This document shows positions 24,514-52,479 of a stretch of 64,000 nt of DNA, piece by piece. Below the pieces are notes generated by a model, which saw only the letters and a list, made by a program, of their open reading frames with translations, ran no database searches and had not been told where the DNA came from. The stretch is from Felis catus (taxonomy: Eukaryota), in NCBI RefSeq assembly GCF_018350175.1, contig NC_058383.1, forward strand, positions 24,368,001-24,432,000, read 5' to 3'. The translations under genes and the position numbers were made by a program. Every line of letters starts with the position of its first letter. Within the stretch, counting starts at the first letter, position 1.

Positions 24514-27500
24514 GTTTTTTTGACCGGAAGATGGCAGTGTAGGAGGATGCTCGGCTCACCTCGTCCTGCTGATCGCTTAGATTCCACCCACATCTGCCTA
24601 AATAACCCAGAGAAACGTTGGAAGACTGACAGAACAGAGTCTCCGGAGCCAAGTGTAGACGAGAGGCCCACGGAAGAGGGTAAGAAGGGCGGAGAGGTGG
24701 TGCGCCCTACACGGACTGGCGGGAGGGAGCCGGGGGGTGGAGGGGCAGCCCGCCCTGCAAGGCAGAGCCCCTGAAGTCTGGCTTGCAAAAGCAGAGGGGC
24801 TGGACTCCGTGAGTTCTGAAAGCCAGCGGGACTTAACATCTGGAATTTTAAAAGTCAACAGCTCTGCTCTCAAAGAGTGGGGAGGGCGAGAGGGCACCAG
24901 GAGGGAGAGTTGCTGAGCCCTGTAAGGCAGAGTTCAGCTTGGCGGGGAACAAAGGCACTGGTCAGTGCCAGATCCCTTTCCCATCCCCCAGCTGAAACCC
25001 CAAAGACAACCTGTTCCTGTCACCAAACTTGCTTGCACCACACAAACTCTGTGCTTCTGTGGATACATCTCTCTGACAGGTCTGCCTCCCTCCCAGGGCT
25101 GCAGGGCTCCTCCCACAGGGGGCCACCAACGGCAAAGCAAGCTCAGCCTGAACCTCCCGCCCCTGTGCACCTTGTGGATCCACCGTGACTAACACGCCAG
25201 ATCCCATCAGGGTAGCACGACGAGGCTGGCAGTGTGGAAGTAGCCCAGACAGGGGCCATACCGCTCCACGGTGAGTCCTGCCACTGGGAGAGAGGAAGAT
25301 AAGGTACACACCATTCTGACTATGGCCCCAACGGTGGGCTGGGGACAGACACTGGGTCTGGCTGCAGCCCCGCCCACCAACACAAGTTACTCCAGACAGC
25401 ACAGGGGAAGTGCCCTGAAGTTTGGAGCCACTGAAGAGACTACCCAAAATGACGAAATGGAAGAACTCTACTCAAAATAAACTCAAGGAAGTAGCGACAG
25501 CTAACGAATTGATCAAAAACAATTTACGCAATATAATGGAACAAGAATTTAGAATGATAGTCATAAAATTAATTGCTGGGCTTGAAAAAAGCATAGAGGA
25601 CAGCAGAGAATCTATTGCTACAGAGATCAAGGGACTAAGCAATAGTCATGAGGAGATAACGCTATAAATGAAGTGCAAAATAAAATGGAGGTGACCACAG
25701 CTAGGATTGAAGAGGTGGAGGACAGAATAGGTGAATTAGAAGATAAAATTATGGAAAAAGAGGCAGCTGAGAAAAAGAGGTAAAAAATTCCAGGACTATG
25801 AGGGGAGAATTAGAGAACTAAGTGATACAATCAAACGCTACAATATCGGTATAATAGGAATTCCAGAAGAGGAAGAGCGAGAGAAAGGGGCTGAAGGTGT
25901 ACTTGAACAAATTATGGCTGAGAACGTCCCTAATCTGGGGAAAGAAAAAGGCACTGAAATCCAAGAGGCACAGAGAACCCCGTTCAGACGTAACTTGAAT
26001 CGATCTTCTGAATGACATATCATAATGAAACTGGCAAAATACAAGGATAAAGAGAAAATTCTGAAAGCAGCTAGGGATAAACAGGCCCTAATTTACAAAC
26101 GGAGACCCATAAGACTAGTGGCAGACCTATCTACTGAAACTTGGCAGGCCAGAAAGGAATGGCAGGAAATGTTCAATGTGATGAACAGAAAAAATATCCA
26201 GCCAAGAATCCTTTATCCAGCAAGTCTGTCATTCAGAATAGAAGGAAAGATAAAGGTCTTCCCAAACAAACAAAAACTGAAGGAATTCATCACCACTAAA
26301 CCAGCCCTACAAGAGATCCTAAGGGGGATTCTGTGAGTAAAATGTTACAAGGACCACAAAGTACCAGAGACCTCACTACAAGCATGAAACCTACAGACAT
26401 CACAATGACTCTAAACCCGTATCTTTCAATAACACTGAATGTAAATGGACTAAATGCTCCAACCAAAAGACATAGGGTATCACAATGGAAAAAAAAAAAA
26501 AGACCCATCTATTTTCTGTCTACAAGAGACTCATTTTAGACCTGAGGACACCTTCAGATTGAAAGTGAGGGGATGGAGAATTATCTATCATGCTACTAGA
26601 AGTCAAAAGAAAGCTTGAGTATCCATACTTATATCAGACAAACTAGACTTTAAATTAAAGGCTGTAACAAGAGGTGAAGAAAGGCCTTATATAATACAGA
26701 GTCTATCCAAAAGGAAGAGCTAACAATTATAAATGTCTATGCGCCGAATACGGGAGCCCCCAAATATATAAAACAATTAATCACAAACATAAGCAACCTT
26801 ATTGATAAGAATGTGGTATTTGCAGAGAACTTTAATACTCCACTTATGGCAAGGGATAGATCATCAAGACACAGGATCAATAAAGAAACAAGGCCCTGTA
26901 TCTTTTGGGATGAGCACTGGGTGTTGTATGGAAACAAATTTGACAATAAATTTCATATATTAAAAAAAAAAAAAAAAGAAACAAGCACCCTGAATGATAC
27001 ATTGGAACAGATAGATTTCACAGATATATTTAAACTCTGCATCCCAAAGCAACAAAATATACTTTCTTCTCGAGTGCACATAGAACATTCTCCAAGATAG
27101 ATCACATACTGGGTCACAAACAGCCCTTCATAAGTATGAAAGAAATGACATCATACCATGCACACTTTCAGACCACAATGCTATGAAGCTTGAAATCAAC
27201 CACAGGAAAAAGTCTGGAAAACCTCCAAAACCATGGAGGTTAAAGAACACCCTACTAAAGAATGAGTGGGTCACCCAGGCAATTAGAGAAGAAATTTAAA
27301 AATATATGGAAACAAATGAAAATAAAAACACAACAATCCAAATGCTTTGGGATGCAGCAAAGGCAGTCCTGAGAGGAAAATACATTGCAATCCAGGCCTA
27401 TCTCAAGAAACAAGAAAAATCCCAAATACAAAATCTAAAGCACACCTAAAGGAAACAGAAGCAGAACAGCAAAGATACCCCAAACCCAGCACAAGAAGAG

Positions 27501-30500
27501 AAATAATAAAGATCAGAGAAGAAATAGAGAATACAGAATCTAAAAAAACTATAGAGCAAATCAATGAAATCAAGAGTTGGTTTTTTGAAAAAATAAACAA
27601 AATTGAAAAACCTCTAGCCAGGCTTGTCAAAAAGAAAAAAGAGATGACCCAAATAGATAAAATCATGAATGAAAATGGAATTATTACAACCAATCCCTCA
27701 GAAATACAAGCAATTATCAGGGAATACTATGAAAAATTATATGCCAACAAACTGGACAACCTGGAAGAAATGGACAAATTCCTAAGCACCCACATACTTC
27801 CAAAACTCAAACAGGAAGAAATAGAAAACTTGAACAGACCCACAACCAGCGAAGAAATTGAATCGGTTATCAAAAATCTCCCAACAAATAAGAGTCCAGG
27901 ACCAGATGGCTTCCCTGGGGAATTCTACCAGATATTTAAAGCAGAGATAATACCTATCCTTCTCAAGCTGTTCCAAAAAATAGAAAGGGAAGGAAAATTT
28001 CCAGACTCATTCTATGAAGACAGTATTACTTTGATTCCTAAACCAGACAGAGACCCAGTAAAAAAAGAGAACTACAGGCCAATATCCCTGATGAATATGG
28101 ATACAAAAATTCTCAACAAGATACTAGCAAATCGAATTCAACAGCTTATAAAAAGAATTATTCACCATGATCAAGTGGGATTCATCCCTGGGATGCAGGG
28201 CTGGTTCAACATTTGCAAATCAATCAACATGATACATCACATTAATAAAAGAAAAGATAAGAACCATATAATCCTGTCAATCGATGCAGAAAAAGCATTT
28301 GACAAAATTCAACATCATTTCTTAATAAAAACCCTCGAGAAAGTCGGGATACAAGGAACATACTTAAACATCATAAAAGCCATTTAGGAAAAGCCCACAG
28401 CTAATATCATCCTCAATGGGGAAAAACTGAGAGCTTTTTCCCTGAGATCAGGAACACGACAGGGATGTCCACTCTCACTGCTGTTGTTTGACATAGGGTT
28501 GGAAGTGCTAGCATCAGCAATCAGACAACAAAAGGAAATCAAAGGCATCAAAATTGGCAAAGATGAAGTCAAGCTTTCACTTTTTGCAGATGACATGATA
28601 CTATACATGGAAAATCCGATAGACTCCACCAAAAGTCTGCTAGAACTGATACATGAATTCAGCAAAGTCGCAGGATACAAAATCAATGTACAGAAATCGG
28701 TTGCATTCTTATACACTAATAATGAAACAACAGAACGACAAATAAAGAAACTGATCCCATTCACAATTGCACCAAGAAGCATGAAAAACCTAGGAAAAAA
28801 ACCTAACCAAAGATGTAAAAGATCTGTATGCTGAAAACTATAGAAAGCTTATGAAGGAAACTGAAGAAGATACAAAGAAATGGAAAAACATTCCATGCTC
28901 ATGGATTGGAAGAATAAATACTGTGAAAACGTCATTACTACCCAAAGCTATCTACACATTTAATGCAATCCCAATCAAAATTGCACCAGCATTCTTCTCG
29001 AAGCTAGAATAAGCAATCCTAAAATTTGTATGGAACCACAAAAGACCCTGAATAGCCAAAGTAATTTTGAAGAAGAAGACCAAAGCAGGAGGCATCACAA
29101 TCCCAGACTTTAGCCTCTACTACAAAGCTGTCATCATCAAGACAGCATGGTATTGGCACAAAAACAGACACATAGACCAATGGAATAGAATAGAAACCCC
29201 AGAACTAGACCCACAAAAGTATGGCCAACTAATCTTTGACAAGGCAGGAAAGAACATCCAATGGAAAAAAGACAGTATCTTTAATAAATCGTGCTGGGAG
29301 AACTGGACAGCAACATGCAGAAGATTGAAACTAGACCACTTTCTTACACCATTCAGAAAAATAAACACAAAATGGATGAAGGACCTGAATGTGAGACAAG
29401 AAACCATCAAAACCCTAGAAGAGAAAGCAGGAAAAGACCTCTCTGACCTCAGCCACAGCAATTTCTTACTTGACACATCCCCAAAGGCAAGGGAATTAAA
29501 AGCAAAAATGAACTATTGGGACCTCATCAAGATAAAAATCTTCTGCACTGCAAAGGAAACAATCAACAAAACTAAAAGGCAACTGACAGAATGGGAAAAG
29601 ATGTTTGTAAATGACATATTGGACAAAGGGCTAGTATCCAAAATCTATAAAGAACTCACCAAACTCCACACCCAAAAAACAAATAATCCAGTGAATGGGC
29701 AGAAAACATGAATAGACACTTCTTTAAAGAAGACATCCAGATGGCCAACAGGCACATGAAAAGATGCTCAACATCGCTCCTCATCAGGGAAACACAATTC
29801 AAAACCATACTCAGATACCACCTCACCCCAGTCAGAGTGGCTAAAATGAACAAATCAGGAGACTATAGATGCTGGTGAGCATGTGGAGAAATGGGAACCC
29901 TCCTGCACTGTTGGTGGGAATGCAAACTGGTGCAGCCGCTCTGGAAAACAGTGTGGAGGTTCCTCAAAACATTAAAAATAGATCTACCCTATGACTCAGC
30001 AATAGCACTGCTAGGAATTTACCCAAGGGATACAGGAGTGCTGATGCATAGGGGCACTTGTACCCCAATGTTTATAGCAGCACTTTCAACAATAGTCAAA
30101 TGATGGAAAGAGCCTAAATATCCTCAACTGATGAATGGATAAAGAAATTGTGGTTTATATACACAATGGAATACTACATGACAATGAGAAAGAATGAAAT
30201 ATAGCCTTTTGTAGCAATGTGTATTAAACTGGAGAGTGGTATCCTAAGTGAAATAAGTCATACAGAAAAAGACAGATACCATATGTTTTCACTCTTATGT
30301 GGATCCTGAGAAACTTAACAGAAGACCATGGGGGAGGTGAAGGGGGAAAAAAAACGTTAGGGAGGGAGCCAAACCACAAGAGACTCTTAAATACTGAGAA
30401 TAAACTGAGGGTTGATGGGGGGTGGGAGGGAAGGGAAAGTGGATGATGGGCATTGAGGAAGGCACCTGTTTGGATGAGCACTGGGTGTTGTATGGAAACC

Positions 30501-30532
30501 AACTGACAATAAATTTCATATTAAAAAAAAAA
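24514..30532 (+). mobile_element. Full-length felid LINE-1 (L1_Fc-like), inactivated, with 16-bp TSD
   Basis: TSD AAGAACCTTGAAAACA at 24498-24513 and 30533-30548; 5'UTR GGAAGATGGC; broken ORF1 (about 25449-26336) and ORF2 (LFADD about 28580); poly(A) tail; inserted in an older L1M 3' region. Confidence 0.96.
26899..26974 (+). mobile_element. About 75-bp 5'-truncated L1 (3' terminus plus poly(A)) nested in the endonuclease region of the host L1
   Basis: Matches the host's own 3' end (30471-30532); flanked by imperfect TSD AAAGAAACAAGGCCCTG (26882-26898) / AAAGAAACAAGCACCCTG (26975-26992). Confidence 0.9.
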
Positions 30533-30843
30533 AAGAACCTTGAAAACATTATCCTCAGTAAAAGAAGCCAAACATAAAAGCCCACACATTATATGATTCT
30601 ATTCATGTGAAATGCCCAGAATTGGCTAATCCATAGAGATAGAAAGGTTAGTGGTTGCCAGGACTGTAGATAAGAGGGAATAGCAAGTGACAGCTCAGTG
30701 AGTATAGACTTTAAGAATGATAATGTTCTTAAAAAAACAGAAACAAACAAAAATATTCTGGAATTAGGTAGTGGTAATGGCGGCACAACACTGTGAATAT
30801 AATAAAAGCCACAGAGGTCTAATACTTTAAAATGGTAGAAATG

Positions 30844-31030
30844 GGGGGCACCTGGGTGACTCAGCAGGTTAGGCCTCCAACTCTTAATTTTGGCTCAAGT
30901 CATGATCTCAGAGTTCATGGGATCAGCCTGGGTGCTGAAAGTCGGGAGCTTGCTTGGGATTCTCTCTCTCTCCTTCTCTCTGCCCCTCCCCCCACTCTTG
31001 GGCATCTCAAAATAAACAAACTTAAAAAAA
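30844..31030 (+). mobile_element. Can-SINE
   Basis: tRNA-like head, CT-rich body, A tail. Confidence 0.85.
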
Positions 31031-31299
31031 CCCCAGAAAGAAAAACCCTATGAGATAGGTAAGATCATATTCCTACATTATAGCTTAGATTCACAAAGGT
31101 CAACTCACTTCCCTAACGTCAAATTAAAACCAAAGCTGGGGCACTTCCCCAAACCTTCCTTCTAATCATTAAGCTACAACCAAAATAAAAAATAAAATAA
31201 AAACAGTTAAATTCAAACCTACGTCTCCAATGGGTTTTTGAGTTTGTATTCGTTTTGGGGAGTGCAGATACAGGTTTTCCAGGAGGAGCGCCAACAAGG

Positions 31300-31750
31300 G
31301 GGTGGAACTCCGGAAGAGTCCAGGAGCACCCTCCGCCACAGCCCGGGAACTTGGGGAGAATGACCCCAAGGAGGGAAGACCGGACGGGAGGACCCCAAGG
31401 CAGAGAACTGGGACACTCACCACACAGGCTTCCAAAGCGCCACACCTGCCCATCTGCCGCCACCTCCCACGCTCAGGTGCACGCGCGAGTTCCGCCTGCG
31501 ACACGACGTCGGAACGCCCTACCCAACCGCCCCGCCGCGGGTTTACCGCCCCCGGATCTCTCTGACCTCTCCAAGGCGCGCTACCCGGCGGGCGGGAGAA
31601 CCCAGAGCGCGCCGCTGGGGCCCCATCACCGCCCACCCGCCAAGCGCCCTCCGGTGGCGGTTCCCCAGCCTGCCCCTCCCCACCGCCCACCCGGCGCCTA
31701 CAAGCCCAGCCCAACTTCCGACTTCGAGGGTGGGTCTCTGCTTCCTTCTC
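31300..31750. promoter_or_regulatory. CpG island, probable promoter / first exon of a minus-strand transcript
   Basis: Dense CpGs and GC boxes in non-repeat DNA; minus-strand donors GTG|GTGAGT (exon end 31421) and AAG|GTGAGC (exon end 31798). Confidence 0.7.
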
Positions 31751-32438
31751 CTGGCACCTCCCCAACTAGAAAAGGAGGAGGGAAGTGAGATGCTCACCTT
31801 GGCTGCAACGTTTAAGGGGAAGCCAGCTGAGTAATCAAGATCAATATTTTTGATTAATTTTTAGTTTTCAAAATAAAAATCAAATATAAAAGTGCCGTGA
31901 GGTGCGAGGGTAATCCTGACCCTGTTTTTATTTAAAACTTTGTTATTTTGTTCATGGTGGATTTTTTTCTTCTTGGTGTTTTAATTTTTTTCAATATTGC
32001 ACTTAAAACAATTTTGTAAAAATCTTTTAAAAGTAGTGTGTATTTTGAGTTCTGAATATGTCTCTTAAATTTGGCGCTTGAAGTGAGTACCTTAGCCACT
32101 GTGTTTGCCTCATCCTAGTGACAGCTCTGCCCTGCCATTACCTTCAGCATGGTAGTGGCAGAAAATCTAGAGAAGTAAAGTGGCCACCTCCTGGGGTGGG
32201 GGAGGCGGAAGCTAGCAGAGAACTTCCCAAATTCCAGAAGCAGGTTTGCCTTGCCCCTGGACAAAGCCTCAGGGAGGACAGGGAATGGGCAGTGACACCA
32301 GTGATGTCTTTACCAGTCCCTGCATTGCTACATTTATTAATATTCTTTCTATTAAGTCATTACTAGTAAGAGGACTTTCATTATTTTAATAATAATAAAA
32401 TAAAAACATCAATAGCACTTAATAATACTAACATAATA

Positions 32439-33200
32439 CAGTCAAACCTCGGATTGTGAGTAATTTCCTCAAGTGTTCAGCAAGAGGAGCACACATTTCT
32501 AATAAATTTTAACTGTACCTGATGCGGAATGTCACGTGATCATAACTGAGCCAATGGTTCTTCTCCCCCTTCCCCCATCTCTGCGGCATTGTGGGTGCTT
32601 GTCTCCCATGCCCGGATGCCCGGTCTCAGGCTGTGGTGTTTGACAGAAATCGGTGATTTTTCAGAACATTGGAAGGTGCCCACAACTGACACTGGTGTAT
32701 CTTTTGTCCCTTCAAAGCACCTATGGATGGTCCTTTGCCTTTCCACACAAGAGTAAGCTTAGGAATGCTTTGCTTCATTCTAGGTCAGGCTGCCTGCAGA
32801 CACAGACCCTTTCTTCCGCTGTCTTATTACCAGTTACATTAAATACAGTCTATGACAAGAATTTATTAATACTGTACTGTAGTCAACATCCATTAGCGAT
32901 AGTGAAACTCATCCTACACAAAAACCCTCCTCTCTCTTGTCTCCCTCACACCAGCCACGAAGGTTTTTAAAGGTAAGTTCAGCTTAATTTGTTTATTTTT
33001 CTTTATATTTTGTATTTTCTTTATTATCTTGTATTATATTACAGTATTGTGATCATCTTATATGAATATTTTGGGGTTTTGGAATGAATCCTCTGAGTTT
33101 TATTTATTTCTTCTGGGGGAAATTCGCTTTGATACATAAGTGCTTTGTATTACAAGCATGTTTCTGGAATGAATTATGATCACAAACAAAGGTTTTACTG
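32439..33200. mobile_element. Non-autonomous TcMar/Tigger-type DNA transposon
   Basis: TIRs CAGTCAAACCTCGGATTGTGA / TCACAAACAAAGGTTTTACTG (17/21 match); TA on the left flank. Confidence 0.75.
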
Positions 33201-33589
33201 TCCTTATTAAGAATACTCATGAAACACCAACCTGCTAAACACAACAAAATGATTTCATTTATGCCTCTGGGAGACACAAATTCTGGGAGGTTGGTTCTAA
33301 TATTATCTGATTTTACAATTGAGGAAACAGCATCAAGGTGGTAAAGTCTCTTGTACATCCAGTATGTACAAGTAGTAAAAACCAGGATCCAAATCCAAAC
33401 TAGCTGATCTCAGAGCCTTTTCTTGGGAATCACTAATGGAGAAGCTCCTAATCCTCTACCTGAGAATGATTTGGTGGTGATTTCATCAAAAAAGGCATTA
33501 GAACACCAGTAAAAGCCTTAGAGACAAATTGGGATATTAGGACATCTGTTAATAATGCATCACACTGATGAGTTAAACTAACATTTATG

Positions 33590-33931
33590 TAGTTGACCCA
33601 TAAGCATTAGGTTTTTGAAGTATGCAGGTCCACTTCAGATTTTTTTTTTGTAAATACAGTCCAGCACTATAAATGTATTTTCTCTTCCTTGTGATTTTCT
33701 TAATAACATTTTCTTTTCTCCAGCTTACTTTATTGTAAGAATACAGTATATAATACAACATACAAATTAAATGTTAATTGGTCTGCTTATGTTATGCTTA
33801 TGTTATCAGTAAGGCTTTTCTGGTCAATAGTAGTTAAGTTTTGGAGAGGAAAAAGTTATATGTGGATTTTTGACTGTGTGTGAGGGGGTGTGTTGGTGCC
33901 CCTAACCCCTATGTTGTTCAAGGGTAGATTG
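33590..33931. mobile_element. Tigger2a-like DNA transposon remnant
   Basis: Ends tagttgaccc...gttgttcaagggtagattg resemble Tigger2 TIRs; TA-flanked. Confidence 0.75.
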
Positions 33932-34149
33932 TAATCATTTTCATAAATCCCTAAATGTATATGAAACTCTTAACAACCATTCCGGATGGAAGCTCTTTGT
34001 AAACTAGGCATAAAAGGGTGTTTATTTCTATGTCATCCCAAAACATGCCATATCCCTCACTGTCTCAGCCAACTTCAGTGACACCCTCTCCCCGCCACCC
34101 CCCTGGAACATTTGGGGCAGGGAAGGGTTTATTGAACAACTGGATGGCC

Positions 34150-35151
34150 TTTCAGTCCACACCTGCAAAACCAGCTTCTAATCTAGATTCTAGATCATGT
34201 TCTACAGATGGACATCAGACTTGTGGTAGTCAGTTGGAATTCAGGACCAACCAGCCTCCCTAAAACCACTATTCCTACCCAGTCTGGGTGGGAGGAAGAA
34301 GGCTGCCCTACCCTTCTATGAGGACTTCTTCCAAAGGTGGTCACAGGCTCCTAAGCTCAAACAAGAACTTCCTGTCTGACAAGTCAAATTTTACTAAGGA
34401 CCTGGGTGATGTTACCCAAACTCATAAAAAGGAAGATGACCTTGAGTAATTCACAGACGCTGTCTTTTAAATAGTTACACAGTTATTTTGATGCAAATTA
34501 AAAATGATTAAAAAAGAACATTAATCTCCAATCATATGCTAATTTTGCTTCTACTGAGGCTAAAGAAGGTACTATAATTTTTAACAAAATATATTAAGTA
34601 AACAACAAAAGAGATGTCAGAAGGTATTAGAGCCTCCACAGAACCTGCCAGTTGGACTCCTGGCATATGTGATCACCTAAGAATTCGCTTCTACCTGCTA
34701 GGTTGTATAACTCCCGACCACAGTCACAGGTATTGCATAACTTCCATTATGAAAAGGTTCTGCAACCTTGGAACCAGTTAGTACCCTGTGTCACTGGCCC
34801 CAACAGAATTAATTCAACCAAGATCAATTTTCCCAGTGGTACTTGACTGAAGACCTGAATGATGATACACAAAGCTTTATAAGGAAGATGATTTGAGGCG
34901 ATTTACAGACTAGTCTTATTCCTACAGGATTTTCTAGAAATGAATACAGGAGCTTTGTATTTTAACCAAGGCTCAGTTATTTAATTAACAACGGAAGGGG
35001 AAAAAATCTGCCTCTCCTATTTCATATCTCTTTTAGTTAGTATTTGGTTTTGCTTTTTTTATCCTCAAGAATAACAGACCAACTCCTTATTTTCTTTATA
35101 CCTCTACATTTTTTAAAACTCAATAAATATTACAGAATAATAACAACACAA
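34150..35151 (+). pseudogene. Putative 5'-truncated processed pseudogene; parent gene not recognised
   Basis: About 100 codons in one frame with a single internal TAA (34261), ending KKEDDLE* at 34449; AT-rich UTR-like tail, AATAAA 35122-35127, decayed A-rich tail, degenerate TSD. Confidence 0.45.
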
Positions 35152-35834
35152 TTTATGGCCCATAAACATTTCTGTATTCCCAGCAGCCCTGGGCATCCAT
35201 TTCTAAGAATAGTAAACTGAACAAACAAAATTGTGTAATTGAAATCAGCTTTTCCCAACCACCACAGTATCTTCTCATTTTTTGATGATAGAAGAGGTTC
35301 ATTTATTATGTGGCTACTCTGTGCTAAATACATAATATACAATTTATTTCATCGGTAAATATATTGACATTTCCCCATATACTACCTTTTATTATGATAT
35401 GACTATTCCCTAAGAAATGCCCTGCACAGCTCACAACCCAAATATCAGGGAAGTAACAACAGAAGCACTCGAGTCCCCTGACCTGTCTCCCAGACTGCAC
35501 ATTTGCTCATCTGTTTCATCCTATACATTGGCACAAGAATCATCTTTTTAAATGGTCAGTTATTTGGAGCATGTTATTTCTTTCCAAAGAATCGCACTTC
35601 TTAGCCTCCTGATTCCAAGAGGCATTTCCAGTTTTATTTTCTGGTGCTCCTGGACATCAGCCCCCACCCCCTCCACACTCACACTCCTGTTCCAACCCAA
35701 CTCTGACTGGCAGAACACTATTATTCCCAAGGACTAGACAATATTTTTTCCAGCCATGGACTTCACCTGGCCTGAAATGCCCTCTTCCTCTCTTTCTGCC
35801 TGTGTAGCTTAATTGTAAGGATTGGAGTTCTGGA

Positions 35835-36047
35835 GGGGCGCCTGGGTGGCTCAGTCAGTTAAGCGTCTCAGGTCATGATCTCGCAGTTCATGGGTTTGAG
35901 CCCCATATCAGGCTGTGCTGACAGCTCAGAGCCTGGAGTCTGCTTCAGATTTGGTCTCCTGCTCTCTCTGCCCCTCCCCTGCTCACCCTCTGTGTGTGTG
36001 TCTCTCTCTCAAAAAATAAATAAACATTAAAAAAAGAAAAAAAAAAA
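35835..36047 (+). mobile_element. Can-SINE
   Basis: ggggcgcctgggtggctcag head, A tail, TSD-like aaggatt(g/a)ga repeats; followed by MIR sequence. Confidence 0.92.
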
Positions 36048-36819
36048 GGATTAGAATCCCGGAGACAGACTTCAAAGGCAGATCCCATCTCCTCTGCTGA
36101 TGTGCTGAGTGACTGTGGACAAAGCCCTTCATCCCTCAGAGCCTCAACTGGAGAGCCCGGCTAAAAACACCTACCTACCATAGAGGTTGTATAATTCAAT
36201 GAGGTGATGCACCTAAAATGCATGGTGCATTACCTGGTACATAGTAAAGTTAACACTGTTGTTGTTTTACCATTATTAACTTTATTTTTTGGCTTGATTT
36301 ACCCCCCCCCCCTTCATAAAACCTTTATCTAAACAGTCGACATCAAAATAATCTCTTTTCTTTGCATTATCAAAAACGTTTATTTTTCCTATCTCTGATA
36401 TGGCAGCTACAATTTACCGCCCTGCATTTTGGTTACCTTCCTGTTGCACATTTTGTCTTATTTCCTCCTCTCAAGAATAAGCTCCTTGAAGAAAAGGTGC
36501 ATTCTTAGGCATTTTGGCTCTATGTGTCACTCACTGAGGCCATTATATCTTGTCCTGGGAACTCCCACCTTTTTAAAAGGTGAAGGTTAGGTGAGTTAGT
36601 TAACCTAGAAGAAAATTCTGCACTTAAAACAATCAGCAGTGTGGGATCTGGAGGTGGGAGTGAGAGTGGGAGGGAGGTTGGGATAAGAGACTCCAGAAAG
36701 GGGCGGAATTGAAAAGAAAACGTTTTTTAAATAACTATCTTCTTTCATCTAAGATCTCCTAGCAGCAGGTAACAATTTTTTTAAAAAAGGAGCCCTGTCA
36801 CCGTTTGACCCCTATCTCC

Positions 36820-52074
<15,255 letters not shown>

Positions 52075-52336
52075 AACGAAGGAACTTTGTGTGGAGGTAG
52101 ATGCAACAGCTCAAGGGATGTTGTTACCAGCTCCCTTGCAATCTCTAGATCAAATGAGGGAACCCGAGGTACAGTGAGCTATAGTTTTGAGCTTATCATG
52201 TCTTACCTTAAATAATGAGATCCCCATTTGTGTGTGTAGTTGGAAAGCAAAACTAGGTGGCCATTTCTTCTGTTACACCAGATTATAGTGATGTTCTGTT
52301 TTCCCCTGTATTTCACTGCATTTTGTAATTCCTTGA

Positions 52337-52342
52337 AATAAA
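52337..52342 (+). terminator. CRYM: CRYM polyadenylation signal
   Basis: AATAAA about 260 nt after the stop, followed by T/GT-rich sequence. Confidence 0.8.
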
Positions 52343-52479
52343 GCATTTTCCAAGTCTGCAGTTCTCACTGTGGTCCTTTCTGTCCCCCATGGCAGAGGAA
52401 GTGAGGAAAGCAGGTGCTCCCATTCACTCCCTGGGGGAGTTCCAATGACCATAATTAAATTTATTTAAATTATTTAAAT

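Noticed and set aside
25422..30103. Plus-strand ORFs (346, 214, 116, 103 aa) with RT motifs as a novel reverse-transcriptase system
   Set aside because: Ordinary broken L1 ORF1/ORF2 within a TSD-flanked element.
31119..31797. Overlapping 110-200 aa ORFs in the CpG island
   Set aside because: Low-complexity G/P/R/A peptides expected from stop-poor GC-rich DNA; mostly non-ATG starts; no recognisable domain.
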